From assembly GCA_016219285.1 (NCBI GenBank), contig JACRNJ010000051.1, positions 5,620 through 69,619 of the forward strand: DNA of 64,000 nt. The letters run 5' to 3'. Of this stretch, positions 58,414-64,000 are shown piece after piece. The position numbers and the translations under genes were made by a program. This DNA is from Deltaproteobacteria bacterium. Lineage in GTDB: Bacteria; Desulfobacterota; GWC2-55-46; UBA9637. How positions within the stretch are numbered: position 1 is the first letter of the stretch; each line of letters starts with the position of its first letter. The notes below the pieces were generated by a model. That model had not been told where the DNA came from. It did no database searches and saw nothing but the letters and a program-made list of their open reading frames with translations.

Positions 58414-59394
58414 TTACAAGTTTATTATCCAGTCGCAAATTGCAGTCAGTTGTTCGTCATTAGTCAGGTTTGCTGCATTGTTCAGTGCACCGCTTTGAAG
58501 CTGCTTGAAAATTTCGGATGCCATGCTGTTTTCAATTGCCGCGCCGACAAAGAACGTTTGAGGCTTAAGTTTCTCTTTAGCAAAACCAGTTCTGATTCTG
58601 TTCAATGCAGAGTTTGCCGTTTTCCAGTGTTCGTCTGCTCCTGCTGGATCAATGCCGCCTTTTAATTCGCCGAGTGCGATATATCTTCCATTGTCATAAA
58701 TGATGGATTGTTCGCCGCTTTGCAACTCGTCAAGAGTCCCTTGCAAAACGGAAAGATCAACATTCTTTTTTATGACCGGAACGGTGATATTCATAATCAA
58801 AAGTCTGGATCTGCCGCCTTTTGACCAAGAAAAACCTTTGATGCGCTTTTCAATTCCAGTGTCGTCTTTGGGTTTTGCAAGCCAAGAGTTTGTATCGGCA
58901 TCTTTCCATTGATAGTTGATGCCGGAAAGATTGAAAACCGATAATAGCGACCGTAAAAATTTTCTTTCACCTAAAGAGCCTGTTAGGTTTCTTGCCTTGC
59001 CGCCTAAAGCATCTCCCTTCGTCAACAAGTAACGGTAAACAAGTTCATCAATGAAATTTTCTCCCGCAGGTTCAAGGAATTCTTCTATCAGCCCCTTAAT
59101 TGCAAGGGTCTTATCATTCTCGGTCAGGTAGTTCAGAGATTTGTCGGAAAGCCCTGATGCAGTGAGCAGACCTACTCTTAAATCTTTGACTTCTAAAAGT
59201 TCTTTTGGCTTTTTTACTTTGCCGGCTAATGCTTTGAGCGCTTTTGCTTCTTCTATGTAAGGAACTGCTATGTAATTTTTCTCCAAAGCCATTGCAACAA
59301 AACCTGCTCTGGTTCTTTCTCTGGATGTAACCAAATCGTCCGCGCTCTGAATAAGGGAGTTGTTCTTTATCTTTTTTGCCATAAGTAAACACAC
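58414..59394 (-). CDS. Putative type II restriction endonuclease, partner of the upstream methyltransferase.
   Basis: 326 aa, 28 nt overlap with the methyltransferase gene. No family recognised by eye. Confidence 0.4.
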   Translation of the reverse strand: MCLLMAKKIKNNSLIQSADDLVTSRERTRAGFVAMALEKNYIAVPYIEEAKALKALAGKVKKPKELLEVKDLRVGLLTASGLSDKSLNYLTENDKTLAIKGLIEEFLEPAGENFIDELVYRYLLTKGDALGGKARNLTGSLGERKFLRSLLSVFNLSGINYQWKDADTNSWLAKPKDDTGIEKRIKGFSWSKGGRSRLLIMNITVPVIKKNVDLSVLQGTLDELQSGEQSIIYDNGRYIALGELKGGIDPAGADEHWKTANSALNRIRTGFAKEKLKPQTFFVGAAIENSMASEIFKQLQSGALNNAANLTNDEQLTAICDWIINL

Positions 59395-60791
59395 TTGCGG
59401 ACTTCGGTTCGTCCATAGCTGCCCATTTGCTGGCTGCTGTTCCCTTTGCCCCTGGGCAATACAAAAATCTTATTGATCTTGAAACCGAAGTTTTCCGCAA
59501 ACTCTGATAAAATTAAATCAACCGGAATTTCTTCGCCGCCGTAACGAACATTATCGTTTACCATTACACAATAGCCCGCGCTTTTCACAACCCTTGCCAT
59601 TTCATAAATTACAAAACACAATTCCAGAAAATAGTTTTTCACCATGCGCGGGATGTTGTTGTTGTTGAGTTTATCCGACTTGTTCAACGCATCAAGAACA
59701 GCGTTCACCTCTGCCATTGCGCCGGAATTGTTATAAACCTCAATAACTTTTTCAAAAGTTTCCGGTCTGCCGATAGAAGAATAAAACTGTTTTAAAGAGT
59801 CGGTTTTTTCTTTGTTTTCTACGGTGCAGGAAAGCATTGATTGCCGCAAATTGCGCACATGGTCGCTGTCGCAGCCGAGATAGACCAATTCCAAAGCGTA
59901 AGTTCTCGTATAGTCATAGCGATTACAGTAGGGCGGCGAGGTAATGATAAAATCAAAAAAGTTGTCTTTAAGTTTAGGTAATTTTTCCAGACAGGAACCT
60001 TCCATAATGCTTACAGGATGCTGTTCGTGTCCTTTATTTTCAAACCGATCAAAGAGTGTGATGGTTTTATTTGGAGACAAGTCGGAAATAATTTGTGAGA
60101 GTTTGCGATTCATTGCCTCTTCAAATGAATGGATTTTCCCGATGTCAAACGGTTTGCCTGGCAGTTTTCTTTTTGAACGATAGTCCCAGCGCAGATACTG
60201 TCCGTCTTTTCTCGTGAAGCTGATTTCTTCAAGCACAGAAAATGCCGCAAATCTTAAAACAGTCTTTATCTGTTTGTTCTTAATCTTATCGCAATAGGCG
60301 AGGTGTTTGTTGAGGGCGATTTCCGTTTCTTCGGAAAAGGCGTCTTGTGTGATTGGAATATGATTTATATGTTTTTTGTAATCATCAATCTCTTTCAACT
60401 TTACCCAAAGATTTTTTACAACCTTTTTCAGTTCTTCCGCATCAATGGCGTTTAATACCTCTCTTGTCTGTATTGCAAAAATACCGACCGGCAGAAGTTC
60501 TATTCCATAAGACTTCCAGCCGAGTTCTTGCGCTGCGAATAAGGCTGAGCCTGCGCCTGCAAACGGATCTAAAATTTTTCCGGGTCTTTTGGAATATTGA
60601 GTCAGGAAATATTTAACGAGGCTTGATGAAAACCCCTCTTTGTATTTGAACCAACGATAAAGAGGCTCGTCTTTGTTGGCCTGAAAACTGACAACCTTGC
60701 GGTTTAAATGGCAAGCGGTCTCCAGCTTGTCTGCAAGCCGGTCATAAAGCTGTTGCCGTTCGGAAGGAAATATTTTTACTGCTTGTCCCAT
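59367..60791 (-). CDS. DNA methyltransferase (N4-cytosine or N6-adenine, SPPY motif IV).
   Basis: Motif I ILDPFAGAGSALF, motif IV IITSPPYCNRYDY. Confidence 0.75.
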   Translation of the reverse strand: MGQAVKIFPSERQQLYDRLADKLETACHLNRKVVSFQANKDEPLYRWFKYKEGFSSSLVKYFLTQYSKRPGKILDPFAGAGSALFAAQELGWKSYGIELLPVGIFAIQTREVLNAIDAEELKKVVKNLWVKLKEIDDYKKHINHIPITQDAFSEETEIALNKHLAYCDKIKNKQIKTVLRFAAFSVLEEISFTRKDGQYLRWDYRSKRKLPGKPFDIGKIHSFEEAMNRKLSQIISDLSPNKTITLFDRFENKGHEQHPVSIMEGSCLEKLPKLKDNFFDFIITSPPYCNRYDYTRTYALELVYLGCDSDHVRNLRQSMLSCTVENKEKTDSLKQFYSSIGRPETFEKVIEVYNNSGAMAEVNAVLDALNKSDKLNNNNIPRMVKNYFLELCFVIYEMARVVKSAGYCVMVNDNVRYGGEEIPVDLILSEFAENFGFKINKIFVLPRGKGNSSQQMGSYGRTEVRKCVYLWQKR

Positions 60792-60863
60792 TGTTGCGAT
60801 TTTAATCCTTTTTCACTTTCCTTAAGTTTGACATAGGTTAGGTTTCGCTTTGCTGAACCCAAC

Positions 60864-61511
60864 CTATTTTTTAGGCACCTTTTCCCAATCCTTCATAAAC
60901 CTGTCAATGCCAATATCTGTGAGCGGATGTTTGGACAACTGCTCTATGACCTTGAACGGTATTGTGGCTACATGCGCGCCCATAAGCGCCGCCTCCACAA
61001 CATGCATTGGATGCCGTATGCTGGCGACAATGACCTCTGTGGAGAATCTATAGTTTTCATAAATAGTCAGAATCTGGTCAATCAAATCCATGCCATTCTG
61101 CGAAATATCATCCAGTCTGCCTACAAACGGGCTTGCATATGTTGCCCCAGCCTTTGCAGCCATGAGCGCCTGCGTGGGCGAAAATACAAGCGTTACATTG
61201 GTCTTTATGCCTTGTTTTGAGACAACCTTAACAGCCTTGATCCCCTCAAGGGTCATGGGTATTTTCACCACTATATTTTTATGAATTTTGCTTAACTCTC
61301 TTGCCTCTTTAATCATGCCATCCGCATCAAGGCTTATTGCCTCCGCGCTTATTGGGCCGTCCACTATGGAGCAAATCTCTTTGATAAGGTCTTTAAAATC
61401 CCTGCCCTCCCTGGACACAAGAGACGGATTGGTTGTTACACCGTCCACAAGCCCCCATTCATTTGCCTTTTTAATCTCTTGAATATTTGCAGTATCAATA
61501 AAAAATTTCAT
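60864..61511 (-). CDS. tal: Transaldolase / fructose-6-phosphate aldolase (short Tal family).
   Basis: [31 protein letters not shown] and Schiff-base Lys region IVVKIP. Confidence 0.85.
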   Translation of the reverse strand: MKFFIDTANIQEIKKANEWGLVDGVTTNPSLVSREGRDFKDLIKEICSIVDGPISAEAISLDADGMIKEARELSKIHKNIVVKIPMTLEGIKAVKVVSKQGIKTNVTLVFSPTQALMAAKAGATYASPFVGRLDDISQNGMDLIDQILTIYENYRFSTEVIVASIRHPMHVVEAALMGAHVATIPFKVIEQLSKHPLTDIGIDRFMKDWEKVPKK

Positions 61512-61574
61512 GCTTACCCCCTTATGATTTTCTTGACTTACTACGCTGTTGAGTATAAATTAAATGAGGTTATT

Positions 61575-61670
61575 ATTCAACCCTTGACAAAATAAATAAT
61601 TTTATCTTTAAGATAAAATCAGGAAACAGGTTTAGTTAAAACTAAACCTGCTATTTTGTCAAGGGTCAAT
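61575..61670. promoter_or_regulatory. Long inverted repeat CCCTTGACAAAATA...TATTTTGTCAAGGG between the divergent tal gene and tRNA-Leu. Contains -35-like TTGACA boxes on both strands.
   Basis: Direct reading. ~13 bp arms separated by ~60 nt, which itself contains the palindrome GTTTAGTTAAAACTAAAC. Confidence 0.45.
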
Positions 61671-61678
61671 CCAAAATT

Positions 61679-61764
61679 GCCGAAGTGGCGGAATGGCAGA
61701 CGCGCTAGATTCAGGTTCTAGTGGGTGAAAGCCTGTGGGGGTTCGAATCCCCCCTTCGGCACCA
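61679..61764 (+). tRNA. tRNA-Leu (anticodon CAG), long variable arm.
   Basis: Acceptor GCCGAAG/CUUCGGC, anticodon loop UUCAGGU, variable arm, CCA encoded. Confidence 0.85.
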
Positions 61765-61766
61765 AG

Positions 61767-61846
61767 TTTTGTAGTATGCCCATTTATGCGCGTAGTTGAA
61801 AAGAGGGCTTACGCATAAAAATGCCGATGAATCGGCAACTACAAGT
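61767..61846 (+). repeat. Structured repeat, divergent family copy f (GTAGTATGCCC...AATGCCGATGAATCGGCAACTACA).
   Basis: Shares GTAGT.TGCCC and GCCGAT.AATCGGCA modules. Confidence 0.45.
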
Positions 61847-62316
61847 CACAGGCTGTTCAAGATATTCTTGAAATGTATGGCCGCTGCCGTATCCCCGCTT
61901 ATCTCCAGTTTTCTTGAGAAAAATACCGTATCAGGGTCTTCCTTGCCAAGAAGCAGGCCGAAAAATATTTTAGCCTCCCCTTTCATTACAACATCCGGCG
62001 TTTTTGCAAGATGAGGGATAATCTTTATATCACTATCTTTGATGTGCAGATAAAACTTTTTATTTAAATCTAATGCCTCAAATAAAAAGACCTTATCATC
62101 AATCTCCTTCAGCCGTTCTTTAAATCCTTTATTGCTATCAACTATCGCGCCCATAACAGCGCCCATGCCGATCGCCTCAATCCAGAGGGGCATAATCTTC
62201 AAAACACCGGTTGCAAGTTTTAAGTTGCAAGCTGCAAGGAAAGACTTGAATCTTGAAACTTGAATCTTAAAACTTTCTTTATCTTCTGACTTCTTACTTC
62301 TGACTTCTGACTTCAT
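61846..62316 (-). CDS. SCP2 sterol-carrier domain protein (UbiT/UbiJ-like ubiquinone biosynthesis accessory factor).
   Basis: 156 aa. Context ubiB-ubiE-SCP2. The N-terminus MKSEVRSKKSE is encoded by a heptamer repeat. Confidence 0.5.
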   Translation of the reverse strand: MKSEVRSKKSEDKESFKIQVSRFKSFLAACNLKLATGVLKIMPLWIEAIGMGAVMGAIVDSNKGFKERLKEIDDKVFLFEALDLNKKFYLHIKDSDIKIIPHLAKTPDVVMKGEAKIFFGLLLGKEDPDTVFFSRKLEISGDTAAAIHFKNILNSL

Positions 62317-63062
62317 ACTTTGATACCTATATGCACCGCTGCGATGCCGTTAAACAGGTTGTAATATTTGACCTTAAATAGACCCACACCTTCCATTATT
62401 TTTTTCAACTCTTCCTGCGGCGGAAATTTTCTGATGGATTCAGGAAGGTATGTATACGCCTCTCTGTTACCGGTAACCACCTCGCCAATCTCAGGCATGA
62501 CTTTGAAAGAATAGAGGTCGTAGAGTTTGCTGAATGTCTTTGAGGTTGGATGAGAAAACTCAAGGCAGATAACCCTTCCTCCTGGTTTAACGACACGCGC
62601 CATCTCACCGAATGCCTTTTCAAGATAGGTGACATTCCTTATGCCGAAACCCACGGTTGCGCAGTTAAATGTATTATCTTCAAAACTTATATCCTCTGCA
62701 TTCCCCTGCACATACTGAATATTCTTTAAAAACCCCTTGTCAATGCATTTGTCTCTGCCGATTTCAAGCATCTCCCTGTTTATGTCATAAACAACGATTT
62801 TCCCATTCCCGCCAACCCTCTTTGCCATGAGCATGGCGATATCAGCAGTCCCTCCGCATACATCTATTGCAGAATCATCGGGTTTGAGATTTGTTTTCTC
62901 TGCCACAAACCTCTTCCAGAGCCTGTGCGTGCCAAGGCTCATAAGGTCGTTCATCAAATCATATTTATCCGCAACAGAGGTGAATATCTCCTGCACCCGC
63001 CCCCTTTTTTCCTCTACAGGGATTATTTTGCTGCCGAAGTGTGTGGTGTCTTTCTTTTCCAT
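62313..63062 (-). CDS. ubiE: Ubiquinone/menaquinone C-methyltransferase UbiE/MenG.
   Basis: SAM motif VCGGTADIAM. 249 aa. Confidence 0.85.
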   Translation of the reverse strand: MEKKDTTHFGSKIIPVEEKRGRVQEIFTSVADKYDLMNDLMSLGTHRLWKRFVAEKTNLKPDDSAIDVCGGTADIAMLMAKRVGGNGKIVVYDINREMLEIGRDKCIDKGFLKNIQYVQGNAEDISFEDNTFNCATVGFGIRNVTYLEKAFGEMARVVKPGGRVICLEFSHPTSKTFSKLYDLYSFKVMPEIGEVVTGNREAYTYLPESIRKFPPQEELKKIMEGVGLFKVKYYNLFNGIAAVHIGIKV

Positions 63063-63077
63063 TTGTATAACGATTTT

Positions 63078-63152
63078 GCAGCCTGCCGATTTATCGGCGT
63101 TTTAAAGCGCCCAAAACTTGTCCCCAAATGTTTTAATTGGGGATGGGCAAAC
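63078..63152 (-). repeat. Structured repeat, family copy g, reverse orientation.
   Basis: Reverse complement reads gtagttagtttgcccatccccaatt...ggcgctttaaaacgccgataaatcggca. Confidence 0.55.
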
Positions 63153-63155
63153 TAA

Positions 63156-64000
63156 CTACTTCTTACTGCTTACGAGCCTAAATCCAAGAACAGCAGCAAT
63201 TATAAATCCTACCCAGCTCAATGCCGGTATGCCCCACAATACAGCCCCGCCTTTACTTGCCATAGCAATAAACGATGAACCTATTATCAATGCTGCAATT
63301 ATCATCCCTGCTGCAATCCTGCGGCCGAGGCCTGCTATCTCGTCGGACAGCGCCTCAAGCTTATGATGCACAAATCCTATCTTCAGTTCTTCGCTAAGCG
63401 TTTTACTCAATACAGAATGCACCTGATATGGCACATCTGTCGCCATTTCTACAAAATCTTCCACCCTCCCCTTACCCTTTTCATAGAGCCTTTTTGGCGA
63501 GGCCTTTTCCTTGAGCATCCATTTGTAGATTAACGGCTTTGCAACCTCCCACATATTCACATCAGGATAAATCTGCCTGCCGACACCTTCGATTATTACC
63601 ATAGACTTTTGCAGAAGCAGCAGATTGGGCTGAAGCCTCATCTGAAAACGCCTCGCTGTTCTGATAAGCTTCATTATCAACTCAGACATGTTTATCTGCT
63701 CCAGCGTCCGGCCGAATACCGGCTCTGTAATCTCCCTCAATGCATCTTCAAACTCATGGATATCAACCTCCTTACCGATAAGCCCCATCTCGCGATGAAT
63801 CCGCGCCATACTGTAATAATCCTGTCTTATGAGGTGAAACAATAAACTTGCAAGATATTTCCTTACACCCTCATCAAGCCTGCCCATGATGCCAAAATCG
63901 AGATAGATAATAGTGCCGTCAGGGCTTGCAAAGATATTTCCCGGATGAAGGTCTGCGTGAAAAAAGCCGTATTCAAAGACCTGTTTAAAAAATGCCCTTA
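63156..64000 (-). CDS. ubiB: ABC1/UbiB-family protein kinase-like ubiquinone biosynthesis protein. N-terminus lies beyond the window end.
   Basis: FFHADLHPGNI catalytic motif readable in frame up to the window edge. C-terminal TM segments. Confidence 0.8.
   Translation of the reverse strand, partial: RAFFKQVFEYGFFHADLHPGNIFASPDGTIIYLDFGIMGRLDEGVRKYLASLLFHLIRQDYYSMARIHREMGLIGKEVDIHEFEDALREITEPVFGRTLEQINMSELIMKLIRTARRFQMRLQPNLLLLQKSMVIIEGVGRQIYPDVNMWEVAKPLIYKWMLKEKASPKRLYEKGKGRVEDFVEMATDVPYQVHSVLSKTLSEELKIGFVHHKLEALSDEIAGLGRRIAAGMIIAALIIGSSFIAMASKGGAVLWGIPALSWVGFIIAAVLGFRLVSSKK

Overview
This 64 kb window is mostly ordinary chromosomal housekeeping DNA from a Gram-negative bacterium (it carries LptE, MurJ, MreD-PBP2-RodA and PilT), at roughly 43% GC by eye. 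Recognised operons and genes include mobB-mobA-mazG, murJ, rpsT, holA-lptE-leuS, comEA, cimA, gmhA, selA, rpsA-sppA, an HU/IHF protein, a HIT protein, metH-greA, trxA, hisD, rsmE, ppiB, cbiA, kef, mreD-mrdA-rodA, pgpA-cinA-thpR-recA, pilT, recX-alaS, ubiB-ubiE-SCP2, tal and a type II restriction-modification (R-M) pair. RNA genes are tRNA-Val and tRNA-Leu on the + strand and a His-Arg-Pro tRNA cluster on the - strand. The standout region is 15.8-23.5 kb. It is a compact, array-less, type III-like RAMP gene cluster preceded by a VapBC pair. It opens with a ~390 aa single-palm Cas10-like protein carrying a GGDE motif and the Cas10-typical GG(L/I)V.CHH.AP.Y segment. This is followed by two double-RAMP fusion proteins (one with a treble-clef zinc finger), a large RAMP interrupted by a +1 frame change at an A8 run, and a high-GC putative metal-dependent phosphohydrolase. 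A four-helix-bundle gene cassette flanked by ~45 bp inverted repeats closes the locus. No CRISPR array, cas6 or cas1/cas2 is visible in the window. The intergenic space is unusually rich in repeats. One family is a roughly 80-160 bp structured, MITE-like element built around the GCCGATAAATCGGC hairpin, with at least 7 copies. A second is a ~26 nt hairpin, CCCAAAAATAGACATTGATTTTTGGG, with at least 8 copies, often abutting the ribosome-binding site of the next gene. CCCTTGACA -35-like boxes also sit inside palindromes. Heptanucleotide tandem repeats occur both intergenically and as in-frame inserts inside leuS, metH, cbiA and the SCP2 gene. Two genes, the large RAMP and the DUF62 gene, are split by a +1 frame change at an A-run followed by CC. 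hisD appears truncated next to tRNA-Val.
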